From contig DASYJT010000305.1 in assembly GCA_035996165.1 (NCBI GenBank), forward strand, positions 1 to 33,687: a stretch of 33,687 nt of DNA. Reading direction: 5' to 3'. The position numbers and the translations under genes are program-made. Below are positions 25,582 through 33,627 of this stretch, piece by piece. Within the stretch, counting starts at the first letter, position 1, and every line of letters begins with the position of its first letter. Source of the stretch: Acidimicrobiia bacterium (GTDB taxonomy: Bacteria > Actinomycetota > Acidimicrobiia > IMCC26256 > PALSA-610). The notes beneath the pieces are model-generated. The model saw nothing but the letters and a program-made list of their open reading frames with translations. It ran no database searches and was not told where the DNA came from.

Positions 25582-27301
25582 CATCGAACTGCAACTGCGC
25601 GCGTACGGCTCGATCCTCGACCGCGCCGATGCGTCGTTGACGGATGTCGTCGAGGCCGCGCCTCGCCGCATGCGGCGGTCGTACATCGTGGCGATTGCGG
25701 CCGCGATCATCGTGGCGATCGTCGCGTCGACAATCGTCGTCGGCACGACGCGTACGGGTCACGATCGACCTCCCCGCATCGTGACGCCGCCCTCGACGAC
25801 GCGGCGACTATCGGCCGGCGTCCTCGCGATCGGCGACTCCGTGATGCTGGGCGCGCGGGATGCGCTGAGGGCGACGGTGCCGGGCATCACGGTCGACGCC
25901 ACTCTCTCCCGCCAACCTTCTCAGGCGGCGGCGATCATCACCGTTTACAAGGCGAGCGGAAACCTGCCCGGGAGAATTGTCATCGCCCTGGGCACGAACG
26001 GGCTCACCACCGCCGACCAACTCGACGCGATCATGCGCGCCGCCGGAGACCGAGAAGTGTGGTTCGTCACGGTGCGCGTCCCTCGGGCCTGGGAGTCGGA
26101 AGTCAACGCGGCGATACGCGCGGTGCCGAACCGTTGGTCGAACGCGCACGTCATCGACTGGCAGGCCTACGCACAAACGCGCGACGACTGGTTCGTCATT
26201 GACGGCTTCCACCTCACTACTACCGGACAAAGGGCCTACAGCCTGCTTGTCGCCGGCGCGCTCGGCTTTCCCGGAACGCAGCCGCCGACCACCGTGCCGT
26301 CGCCGACCCTCGGTCCCGTGCCGCAGGTCGTCGCCGTCCTCGCCGACTCGCAGCCCGTGTGGAAGCCGCTCGCGGTCGCGGGCGGCGAGGTATGGGTCGC
26401 GTCCGAGGCAACCGCGGCGTCGACCCCGATCGTCCACCTCGCAGGACACGACCCGACCACCGGCAAGGTGGTCTCGACGATCGACGTCCCCCAAGAGGCC
26501 GCGTTCGGCCTCGCGGGCTACGGCGACACGCTCTGGGTCGCCGGTGGCGGCGACGGCGGTGTGCCCGACACGACCGTGTCACGCGTCGACGTGCGAACCG
26601 GGGTGGTCGTGTTCACCAAGACGCTGACGGGCACCCCGTGTTCGTGCCCGATCTTCGCAGGCCGCGCGGGCGTGTGGCTCACGGGCAACAGCGCGAACTA
26701 CGCACTACATCTGTCCGAGACGGATGGCCGCGTCAGTGCGAACGTCGCGCTCCCGAGGCGAGTCCTCTCGAGCGCGGCGATGGAGGCGCGCGGACGCCTT
26801 CTCGTCGGTCTCGAGCGCGGCACCGTTGCGGTCGTCGATCCCTCGACGAATCGCGTCGAGCGGTTCGTCGACATCCGCGGTCTTGCGTCCGGCGAGAGCA
26901 TGGTCTCGATGAGCCAAGCCGCCGTGCCCGCGATCGGCTCGGATCCGGCGATCGACGGCTTCATGGCGTCGAGTCTCGGAAATGTCTTCGCGCTGCTCGC
27001 CGATCGCTGGCAGGCGAATCAGTTCGTCCAGGCCGACGTCGTTCCCCAGGCGCTCGCGCCGGCGACGAGTCGCGCGGTGGTTGCGGGGGGAGACTGGGTC
27101 AACGTCGTGCCTACCCACGCAGGATCGAGGAGCGAGTTCCAATACCTGCCGAAGGAACAGCGTTTGGTTCGCGTCGCCGAGGGCCCGGCGTCGTCGCAGG
27201 CGGGGTTCCGCGACGCGGTCGCCGTCGGCAACATGTTCTGGACCGTCTACGACCCGGGCGCACCAAGTTCACCGACGATCGTTGTCATGCGAATACCTTG
27301 A
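25574..27301 (+). CDS. single-pass membrane protein: short cytoplasmic N-terminus, SGNH/GDSL-type hydrolase domain, Pro-rich linker, beta-propeller-like repeats (candidate anti-sigma/sensor)
   Basis: The ATG overlaps the sigma gene by 8 nt (ATGCGTGA). TM segment is IVAIAAAIIVAIVASTIVVG. SGNH blocks are AIGDSVMLG, ALGTNG and IDGFHL. About 7 periodic strand motifs follow: GEVWVAS, DTLWVAGG, AGVWLTGN, GRLLVGLE, GNVFALL, GDWVNVV, GNMFWTVY. Confidence 0.75.
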   Translation: MRDIELQLRAYGSILDRADASLTDVVEAAPRRMRRSYIVAIAAAIIVAIVASTIVVGTTRTGHDRPPRIVTPPSTTRRLSAGVLAIGDSVMLGARDALRATVPGITVDATLSRQPSQAAAIITVYKASGNLPGRIVIALGTNGLTTADQLDAIMRAAGDREVWFVTVRVPRAWESEVNAAIRAVPNRWSNAHVIDWQAYAQTRDDWFVIDGFHLTTTGQRAYSLLVAGALGFPGTQPPTTVPSPTLGPVPQVVAVLADSQPVWKPLAVAGGEVWVASEATAASTPIVHLAGHDPTTGKVVSTIDVPQEAAFGLAGYGDTLWVAGGGDGGVPDTTVSRVDVRTGVVVFTKTLTGTPCSCPIFAGRAGVWLTGNSANYALHLSETDGRVSANVALPRRVLSSAAMEARGRLLVGLERGTVAVVDPSTNRVERFVDIRGLASGESMVSMSQAAVPAIGSDPAIDGFMASSLGNVFALLADRWQANQFVQADVVPQALAPATSRAVVAGGDWVNVVPTHAGSRSEFQYLPKEQRLVRVAEGPASSQAGFRDAVAVGNMFWTVYDPGAPSSPTIVVMRIP

Positions 27302-27322
27302 GCACGAGTCAACGACAACGAG

Positions 27323-27790
27323 TCAAAGCTTCCCGTCGGACTCGAGCTCGTCGAGGCGGGTGCGGAGCTCGTCGAGGAGTCCCGCGACGGCGGAGAGGTG
27401 CTCGTCGATACGTGCGACGTAGGCATGCGGAGAGTCGTCGCTGACCTCGTCGTCGACGTCGATCTCGTTCACGACGGCAGCGGCGAACTCGCCCTGCGCT
27501 TCGGGCACGAGGATCACGCCGCGGCGATCGTCGGCGGATCCGGTCCACTCGATCATCACGGGCACGCTGGCGGTCTCGAGGCGGCGCCGCAGCACCTGGG
27601 CCTGGATCTTCGGCCATTCGCCGATCTCGACGAGGCTGTCGCCGTCGCCGTCGTCATCATCGACGTCGTTGCCGCCCGTGAGATGCGTCGGTTCCTCCGT
27701 CACGAGCGCGACGCGACAGTCGGCACAGCGACTGGCCCCCGGTCGGTATTCGGATCCGCACGACGGGCACCACAGGCTCGGTTCGTCCAC
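27323..27790 (-). CDS. hypothetical zinc-ribbon protein with acidic linker (DUF2007-like architecture)
   Basis: N-terminal CPSCG-x10-CADC four-Cys ribbon, a poly-Asp linker DVDDDDGDGD, and a C-terminal region predicted to be helical. GTG start lies 32 nt from divergent rimO. Confidence 0.65.
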   Translation of the reverse strand: MDEPSLWCPSCGSEYRPGASRCADCRVALVTEEPTHLTGGNDVDDDDGDGDSLVEIGEWPKIQAQVLRRRLETASVPVMIEWTGSADDRRGVILVPEAQGEFAAAVVNEIDVDDEVSDDSPHAYVARIDEHLSAVAGLLDELRTRLDELESDGKL

Positions 27791-27822
27791 GGGCGGGGAG
27801 TGTAAGGGGGTGCGTCGGTACG

Positions 27823-29157
27823 ATGACTGGAATGGCGGCCGACGAAGCGACAGGAAAGCGATTTCACGTCGAGACGTTGGGTTGTCCGAAGAACGCGGTC
27901 GACTCCGACAAGGTGGTCGCCTCGCTCCTGGCCGATGGTCTGACTCCGGCCGATTCGGCGGCCGACGCCGACCTGGTCGTGGTGAACACGTGCGCCTTCA
28001 TCGAGGCCGCGCGCCAGGAGTCGATCGACGTGGCGCTCGCGCTCTCCGACGGGCGCAAACCCGGTGCCCGTCTCGTGGTGACCGGCTGTATGGCCGAGCG
28101 CTACGGCGAGGAACTGGCGTCGGCGCTTCCGGAAGCCGACGCGGTCGTGGGCTTCGCGGGTGAGGGTTCGCTCGTCGACGTGGTGATGCGCGGGCGAAAG
28201 CCCGCGGGCGTGCGCGACCTCCTCGAGCTGCCGCGGCCCGCGCCGAGCGCACCATGGGCGTACGTCAAGGTCGCCGAGGGCTGCGACCGCGCGTGCGCGT
28301 TCTGCGCCATCCCGTCGTTTCGCGGGAAGCAGCGTTCGCGCGCACCCGAGGCGATCGAAGCCGAGGTGCGCGGACTCGTCGACCAAGGTGTCGCCGAAGT
28401 CGTGCTCGTCGCGCAGGACCTCGCCTGGTACGGCCGCGACGCGGGGGAGCCGGGATCCTTGGCGCCCTTGCTGCAACGCCTCGACGCGCTGCGCGCGCAG
28501 GGCCTTGCCCGCGTCCGTCTGCTCTACCTCTACCCGTCCGAGGTCAAGGACCCGCTCGTCTCCACGATGCTCGAGCTGGAGTCGGTCGTTCCCTACTTCG
28601 ACCTTTCGCTCCAGCACGCCGCGCCGGCCCTTCTGCGCAGCATGAAGCGGTGGGGAAGCGGCGAGCGGTTCGCGCAGATCATCGCCGGCATCCGCGCCGA
28701 GGAGCCCGAAGCCGCGTTCCGCTCGTCGTTCATCGTCGGGTTCCCCGGGGAGACGGAACCCGACCACGAGGCCTTGCTCGGGTTCCTCGACGAGGTTCGC
28801 CTCGATTGGGCGGGCTTCTTCGCATTCTCTCGGGAGGACGGCACCGCGGCCGCGGGCATGAGCGGCGGGGTCGCCGACTCGCTCGTGCACGAACGGCTGC
28901 GCGAGTGTTCCGAGGTGCAGGAGCCGATCACCGCGGCCGCGCGGGCCGCGCTCGTCGGTCGCGACATCGACGTGCTGATCGACGGCGTCGACGACGACGA
29001 CGTCCTGGTCGGGCGCACTCATCGCGAAGCACCCGAGATCGACGGTGTCGTGCGGATCGTGAGTACCGGAGCCATGTTCGCCCGGCCCGGCGCGATCGTG
29101 CGCGCAACGGTATGCGGGGTCGAGGGTCCCGACCTCGACGCGAAGGTTTGCCCGTGA
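27823..29157 (+). CDS. rimO: ribosomal protein S12 methylthiotransferase
   Basis: N-terminal ETLGCPKNAVDSD, radical-SAM CDRACAFCAIP, and a TRAM end with THREAPEIDGVVRI (RimO-type APEIDG). Confidence 0.92.
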   Translation: MTGMAADEATGKRFHVETLGCPKNAVDSDKVVASLLADGLTPADSAADADLVVVNTCAFIEAARQESIDVALALSDGRKPGARLVVTGCMAERYGEELASALPEADAVVGFAGEGSLVDVVMRGRKPAGVRDLLELPRPAPSAPWAYVKVAEGCDRACAFCAIPSFRGKQRSRAPEAIEAEVRGLVDQGVAEVVLVAQDLAWYGRDAGEPGSLAPLLQRLDALRAQGLARVRLLYLYPSEVKDPLVSTMLELESVVPYFDLSLQHAAPALLRSMKRWGSGERFAQIIAGIRAEEPEAAFRSSFIVGFPGETEPDHEALLGFLDEVRLDWAGFFAFSREDGTAAAGMSGGVADSLVHERLRECSEVQEPITAAARAALVGRDIDVLIDGVDDDDVLVGRTHREAPEIDGVVRIVSTGAMFARPGAIVRATVCGVEGPDLDAKVCP

Positions 29158-29750
29158 CGGCCGCGGCCGCGCCACGGCCGAGTCGCGCCCGGAAGCGATT
29201 CGGGCAGAACGCGCTGGCAACTCCGGCCAACTTCATGACGCTCAGCCGGATCCTCATCGCGGTCCCCACGCTCGCGCTCGTGCGTCACCGCGGCGCGGGC
29301 TGGCTCACGGTCGGGCTCTGGTTCACGATCACCGCGAGCGACAGCCTCGACGGTTGGTTGGCGCGGCGCGACGGCGCCACGCGTTCCGGCGCGTTCCTCG
29401 ACCCGGTCGCCGACAAGCTCATCGTGCTCGGCGGCCTCGCCGTGCTCGCCGATCGCGGTGTGTTCCCGTGGTGGGCGGTGCTGCTCGTGGTCGCGCGCGA
29501 GCTCGGCATCAGCGCGTACCGATCGGTCGCGGGTCGCCGCGGCGTCGTCCTCCCTGCGCAGCGGCTCGGTAAGTACAAGGCGTTCGCGCAATACGTCGCG
29601 GTCGGGTTCGTGCTGCTGCCCCCGACCGCCGACTACGTCGGGTTCCAACAACTCGTGTTCGCCGTTGCCGTCGTGCTCACGCTGGTGTCCGGCCTCGAGA
29701 TCGTTCGCCGCGGCTACATCGACTGGCAGAGGGAAGAGAATGCGGTGTGA
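29154..29750 (+). CDS. pgsA: CDP-diacylglycerol--glycerol-3-phosphate 3-phosphatidyltransferase
   Basis: CDP-alcohol phosphatidyltransferase motif DSLDGWLARRDGATRSGAFLDPVADK. GTG 29154 overlaps the rimO stop (GTGA). Only the C-terminal 198 aa of the long ORF 28254..29750 is protein-like. Confidence 0.92.
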   Translation: MTAAAAPRPSRARKRFGQNALATPANFMTLSRILIAVPTLALVRHRGAGWLTVGLWFTITASDSLDGWLARRDGATRSGAFLDPVADKLIVLGGLAVLADRGVFPWWAVLLVVARELGISAYRSVAGRRGVVLPAQRLGKYKAFAQYVAVGFVLLPPTADYVGFQQLVFAVAVVLTLVSGLEIVRRGYIDWQREENAV

Positions 29751-30990
29751 GATTCTCGCGATCGGGACCGAGCTGCTGCTCGGCCAGATCGTCGACACGA
29801 ATAGCGCGTGGATCGGCGAGCAGCTTGCGGCGTCGGGGATCGACTCGTACGAGCACCGCGCCGTAGGCGACAACCAGGCGCGCATCGTCGCCGCGCTCCG
29901 CGATCAGCTCTCGCGTTCGGACGCGGTGCTCATCTGTGGCGGGCTCGGACCGACACAAGACGATCTCACGCGCGACGCGATCGCGGAGCTGATGGGCGTT
30001 CCTCTCGTCCGCCACGACGAGCTCGCGGAGACGATCGCACAGATGTTCCGCGCGCGCGTGCGCGACATGCCACAGAACAACCTCCGCCAGGCCGACATCC
30101 CCGAGGGCGGCGAGGCGATCCCGAACCCCATCGGCACGGCGCCGGGCCTGCGCTGCGAGCTCCCCGACGCGAAGATCGTCTACGCGGTTCCGGGCGTGCC
30201 GTACGAGATGAAACAGATGGTGACCGAACATGTCATCCCCGACCTGCTGCGCCGGTCGGGTGAGGCGGCGGCGATCGTGTCGACGTCGTTGAAGACGTGG
30301 GGGACCTCCGAGTCGGCGCTCGCGGAGATGGTCGCGCACCGGCTCGATGCGCTCGATGCCCAGGGGGGCAACCCCACGATTGCGTTCCTCGCCCGTGGCA
30401 TCGAGGGTCTGGTCGTGCGCGTCACTGCGAAGGCCGCGACCGAAGCGCAAGCGCGCGCATTGGTGGAGCAAGAGGAGAAGGAGTTGCGGCTCATCCTCGG
30501 CGACCTCGTCTTCGGCGTCGACGACGAGACGATGGAGTACGCGGTGCTCGAGCGCCTGCGCGGACGCGGCTGGACACTCGGTGTCGCGGAGTCGTTGACG
30601 GGAGGCTTGATCGGCGCGCGCATCGTCAACGTCGAAGGCGCGAGCGACACGTTCCGCGGCTCCGTCGCTTCGTACGCGACCGACGTGAAGCGCTCGGTGC
30701 TCGGTGTGACCGCGGAGTCGGTGGTGAGCGAGCAGGCGGCGAAGGAGATGGCCGAAGGCGCGCAGCGCGTGCTCGGCGCCGACGTGGGGATCGCGGCAAC
30801 CGGGGTCGCCGGACCGACCGAGCAGGACGGCGTGGCGGTCGGCACCGTGTACTTCGGCATCGCGATCCCGGGATTGCCGACGGAGGTCGTGAGCACGCGA
30901 CTCCCCGGCGATCGTGAGCGCCTGCGGCAGTTCTCGACGATCTCCTTGCTCAACCTTTTGCGTCAGCGACTGGACGCCTTGAGCAGGTGA
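29740..30990 (+). CDS. cinA: competence/damage-inducible protein CinA (MoCF-binding domain + PncC NMN amidohydrolase domain)
   Basis: N-terminus is MRCEILAIGTELLLGQIVDTNSAWIGEQL. The C-terminal domain reads LGVAESLTGGLIGARIV...IAATGVAGP. It overlaps pgsA by 11 nt. Confidence 0.93.
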   Translation: MRCEILAIGTELLLGQIVDTNSAWIGEQLAASGIDSYEHRAVGDNQARIVAALRDQLSRSDAVLICGGLGPTQDDLTRDAIAELMGVPLVRHDELAETIAQMFRARVRDMPQNNLRQADIPEGGEAIPNPIGTAPGLRCELPDAKIVYAVPGVPYEMKQMVTEHVIPDLLRRSGEAAAIVSTSLKTWGTSESALAEMVAHRLDALDAQGGNPTIAFLARGIEGLVVRVTAKAATEAQARALVEQEEKELRLILGDLVFGVDDETMEYAVLERLRGRGWTLGVAESLTGGLIGARIVNVEGASDTFRGSVASYATDVKRSVLGVTAESVVSEQAAKEMAEGAQRVLGADVGIAATGVAGPTEQDGVAVGTVYFGIAIPGLPTEVVSTRLPGDRERLRQFSTISLLNLLRQRLDALSR

Positions 30991-31007
30991 GCAGGATCGC
31001 ACGCCGA

Positions 31008-31505
31008 TCAACGACCGCGCCGGCCGTCGATGGCCTCGCGGATGATGTCGGCGTGGCCGGCGTGCCGGGCCGTCTCCTCGATCATGTGGAGCGCAACCCA
31101 CCTCAGGTTCCGGTTGGCCATCTCCGCCAACGCACACGGAGCATCGAGATCGAACGTGCTCAAGATCTCCCGGGAAGCGGCGATCTGTTTCCGGTAGTCG
31201 GCGACGACCGCCGCGACCGTGGCGTCGTCGGTCAACCGAAACGTCGGGTCTTCCTGCTCTGACTGCTCCTCGGCCCACTCATGCGGAAACGTACGGCCGG
31301 CGACGATGATCTGGAACCATCTCCGCTCCCAGATCGCCGAGTGCTTTATCAAGCTCAAGAGCGACAGCGAGCTCGCGGTTGGGGTCATCCGCGCCTGCTC
31401 ATCGGTGAGGCCTTGGAGCTTGTCGATCAGAGCCTCGCGCTGGTAGTCGAGGAACTCGATCAGGCTGGTTCGTTCCGTCCCGGTTGACATCTCGGGACTC
31501 GACAT
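31008..31505 (-). CDS. DinB/DUF664 family protein (mycothiol-transferase-like four-helix bundle)
   Basis: LIEFLDYQREALIDKLQGLTDEQ...LIKHSAIWERRWF...ALHMIEETARHAGHADIIRE, typical of DinB_2/DUF664. The start is ATG 31505, or ATG 31490. Confidence 0.85.
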   Translation of the reverse strand: MSSPEMSTGTERTSLIEFLDYQREALIDKLQGLTDEQARMTPTASSLSLLSLIKHSAIWERRWFQIIVAGRTFPHEWAEEQSEQEDPTFRLTDDATVAAVVADYRKQIAASREILSTFDLDAPCALAEMANRNLRWVALHMIEETARHAGHADIIREAIDGRRGR

Positions 31506-31596
31506 GGCGCGTGACGATAGGCGTCTTGCCGCCGGATTTCTACGGTCCAACCGCTGCCCCGCGTACGGCGTTGCCCAGGACGCGCATACTGCGGCC

Positions 31597-31758
31597 ATGC
31601 GATGCGAAGCGCCCGATTGCCCTGCCGCGGACGCGGACGCAGTGGCTCTCGTCCGGGTACCCGGAGAACGAGACATCGCGCGCCTCTGCGCGCACTGCGT
31701 CAAGCCGTACGCCACCCGGCAGGCGGCCGGCGAGCTGATCGACGTCTTCTGGCTCTAG
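31597..31758 (+). CDS. possible 53-aa four-cysteine (zinc-ribbon-like) mini-protein
   Basis: MRCEAPDCPAADADAVALVRVPGERDIARLCAHCVKPYATRQAAGELIDVFWL has CxxxxC...CxxC. Third-position GC is high in this frame. CATACT lies 6 nt upstream of the ATG, a leaderless-type arrangement. No homology check was possible. Confidence 0.35.
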   Translation: MRCEAPDCPAADADAVALVRVPGERDIARLCAHCVKPYATRQAAGELIDVFWL

Positions 31759-31806
31759 CCGGGGTCGGTCCGGAAGGTCCCGGGGCCGGTCGGGCACGAC
31801 GGGTCC

Positions 31807-31835
31807 TTGAATCGAACGCCTGTTCGCTCTATGGT
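31807..31835 (+). promoter_or_regulatory. recA SOS promoter TTGAAT-N17-TATGGT with embedded LexA box TCGAAC-GCCT-GTTCGC (31812-31827)
   Basis: Read directly. The box matches the actinobacterial/Gram-positive SOS consensus TCGAAC-N4-GTTCGA at 11 of 12 defined positions, and the GAAC-N4-GTTC core exactly. It fills the spacer between the -35 and -10 hexamers. Confidence 0.75.
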
Positions 31836-31868
31836 GACTCACACGCATGTGATTCACCGAAGCCGTAG

Positions 31869-31891
31869 CTGTCACACCCCATCCTTAGGGT
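31869..31891 (+). promoter_or_regulatory. RecA-NDp-like (PafBC-type) second promoter motif cTGTCAcac-N8-TAGGGT
   Basis: It fits the mycobacterial motif tTGTCRgtg-N8-TAnnnT in the TGTCR core, spacing and TAnnnT. The less conserved gtg is cac here. It lies 28 nt upstream of the recA ATG. Confidence 0.35.
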
Positions 31892-31919
31892 CACCAGCAC
31901 GACGCTTCCCTTTGACCGA

Positions 31920-33002
31920 ATGGAGTTAGGCGTGGTGGCAGACAGGGGTTCACAGGTGGACCGGGCGAAAGCACTCGAGATGGCGCTCGGCCAGATCGAC
32001 AAGCAGTTCGGTAAGGGCTCGATCATGAAGCTCGGAGAGCGGGGACATGTGGGGATCGAAGCGATTCCCACGGGTGCGCTCGCGCTCGACCTCGCGCTCG
32101 GGATCGGCGGCTTGCCTCGGGGCAGGATCGTCGAGATCTTCGGGCCGGAGTCGTCGGGTAAGTCGACGCTCGCGACGCACGTGGTCGCGGAGGCGCAGCG
32201 CAACGGTGGCGTGTGTGCATACATCGACGCCGAGCACGCAATGGACCCGGTGTACGCGGCGGCGATCGGCGTCAACGTCGACGAGCTGTTGATCAGCCAA
32301 CCCGACACGGGAGAGCAAGCGCTCGAGATCGCCGACATGCTCATCCGCTCGGGCGCGCTCGACGTGCTCGTGATCGACTCGGTCGCGGCGCTCGTGCCGC
32401 GCGCCGAGATCGAAGGCGAGATGGGCGACACGCACATGGGCCTGCAGGCCCGGCTCATGAGCCAGGCGTTGCGCAAGCTGACCGGCAACCTCAACAAGTC
32501 CCGCACGATCGCGGTCTTCATCAACCAGCTGCGAGAGAAGATCGGTGTGATGTTCGGTTCGCCCGAGACCACACCTGGCGGCCGTGCGCTGAAGTTCTAT
32601 TCGTCGGTGCGACTCGACATCCGCCGGATCGAATCGATCAAGGACGGTCCGGAGGTCGTCGGCAACCGGGTGCGGGTGAAGGTGGTCAAGAACAAGACCG
32701 CCCCGCCCTTCAAGCAGGCCGAGTTCGACATCATGTACGGCAAGGGCATCAGCCGAGAAGGCTCGCTGCTCGACGTCGGAGTCGAGCTCGGCATCATCAA
32801 GAAATCGGGTGCGTGGTTCACGTACGAAGGTGAACAGCTCGGCCAGGGCCGCGAGAACGTGAAGACGTTCTTGGCCGAGAACGTGGATCTCATGGTCGAG
32901 ATCAGCGAGAAGATCAAGGACGCGTCGGGTCTCAACGACGAAGTCGACCTCACGGATGAGGCGGAAACCTCAGGCGTAGAACAACAGGACGTCGACGCCT
33001 GA
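31920..33002 (+). CDS. recA: recombinase RecA
   Basis: [23 protein letters not shown], Walker [12 protein letters not shown], and [20 protein letters not shown]. The start is ATG 31920, or GTG 31932 (GGAG 6 nt upstream). Confidence 0.97.
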   Translation: MELGVVADRGSQVDRAKALEMALGQIDKQFGKGSIMKLGERGHVGIEAIPTGALALDLALGIGGLPRGRIVEIFGPESSGKSTLATHVVAEAQRNGGVCAYIDAEHAMDPVYAAAIGVNVDELLISQPDTGEQALEIADMLIRSGALDVLVIDSVAALVPRAEIEGEMGDTHMGLQARLMSQALRKLTGNLNKSRTIAVFINQLREKIGVMFGSPETTPGGRALKFYSSVRLDIRRIESIKDGPEVVGNRVRVKVVKNKTAPPFKQAEFDIMYGKGISREGSLLDVGVELGIIKKSGAWFTYEGEQLGQGRENVKTFLAENVDLMVEISEKIKDASGLNDEVDLTDEAETSGVEQQDVDA

Positions 33003-33019
33003 GGCTTCTTGGCCGCGAC

Positions 33020-33058
33020 GACCGAGAAGTGGCCCCCTCCACGGGACGCTTCTCGGTC
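33020..33058 (+). terminator. stem-loop downstream of recA
   Basis: 10-bp stem GACCGAGAAG / CTTCTCGGTC with a 19-nt loop, 18 nt after the recA stop. There is no U-tract. Confidence 0.4.
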
Positions 33059-33114
33059 TGCGGCCGCGCAGCACATCAGTGAATTTCTGAGGAAATGCTG
33101 TGTAGGGTTTCGCG

Positions 33115-33471
33115 GTGGCCCGAACCAAGTCGAAGAACGTCGAGGCCGACGAGGCGCTTGCTGCTCTCGAGCGATTGGCGGCCGTCACGCAAGAAGTGTT
33201 GGCCACGCTCGATCTTGTTGCGGACCGAGCTGCGTTCATCGGCGACCGCCGGCGTGCGGGCTTGGCGTACGGCGAGATCATTCCGCTGGAGCAGCGTCCG
33301 CTGATCGTCGAGCTCACCGCCGATGCGATCATGCGGCTGGCGGAAGTGAGTGGTGATTTCCGCCGAAGTGAGGCGAAGGCTCTGTATGCCGAGGGCCATA
33401 CGATGGAAGCCATCGCGACGATGTTCGGCGTGACCCGACAACGCGTGTCGTCGCTCTTGCGCGACGAATAG
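33115..33471 (+). CDS. hypothetical helix-turn-helix protein (sigma-70 region-4-like C-terminus), not RecX
   Basis: 118 aa with a GTG start. C-terminal HTH-like string is EGHTMEAIATMFGVTRQRVSSLLRDE. More A/T-ending codons than neighbouring core genes. Confidence 0.6.
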   Translation: MARTKSKNVEADEALAALERLAAVTQEVLATLDLVADRAAFIGDRRRAGLAYGEIIPLEQRPLIVELTADAIMRLAEVSGDFRRSEAKALYAEGHTMEAIATMFGVTRQRVSSLLRDE

Positions 33472-33507
33472 GCACACCGGCCCGACTGTCGTTCTTCAGC
33501 AACACCT

Positions 33508-33545
33508 ATTGCCGCAACGGGGATTGCCGCAACCCGCATTGCGGC
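33508..33545. repeat. three ATTGC(C/G)GC repeats at 15-bp periodicity
   Basis: ATTGCCGCAAC at 33508 and 33523, and ATTGCGGC at 33538. GCCGCAA (33526-32) and TTGCGGC (33539-45) can pair as a 7-bp hairpin. Confidence 0.5.
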
Positions 33546-33627
33546 GATAGCCTGCACACTGCAAAAGGCTGGCCGGCCTGGACGTCGGCGCCTTAATTCG
33601 GGCTGAGTTGCAGGGAGTGCGGGCGAA

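Noticed and set aside
28254-29153. Upstream 300 codons of ORF 28254..29750
   Set aside because: This is an alternative frame of rimO. The pgsA homology and hydrophobic segments begin at GTG 29154.
27700-29220. 506-aa minus-strand ORF opposite rimO
   Set aside because: It is an antisense shadow ORF. rimO on the + strand has the radical-SAM and TRAM signatures.
33115-33471. The gene after recA as recX
   Set aside because: I see no resemblance to RecX proteins as I recall them, and it is shorter. Only a generic C-terminal HTH is recognisable.
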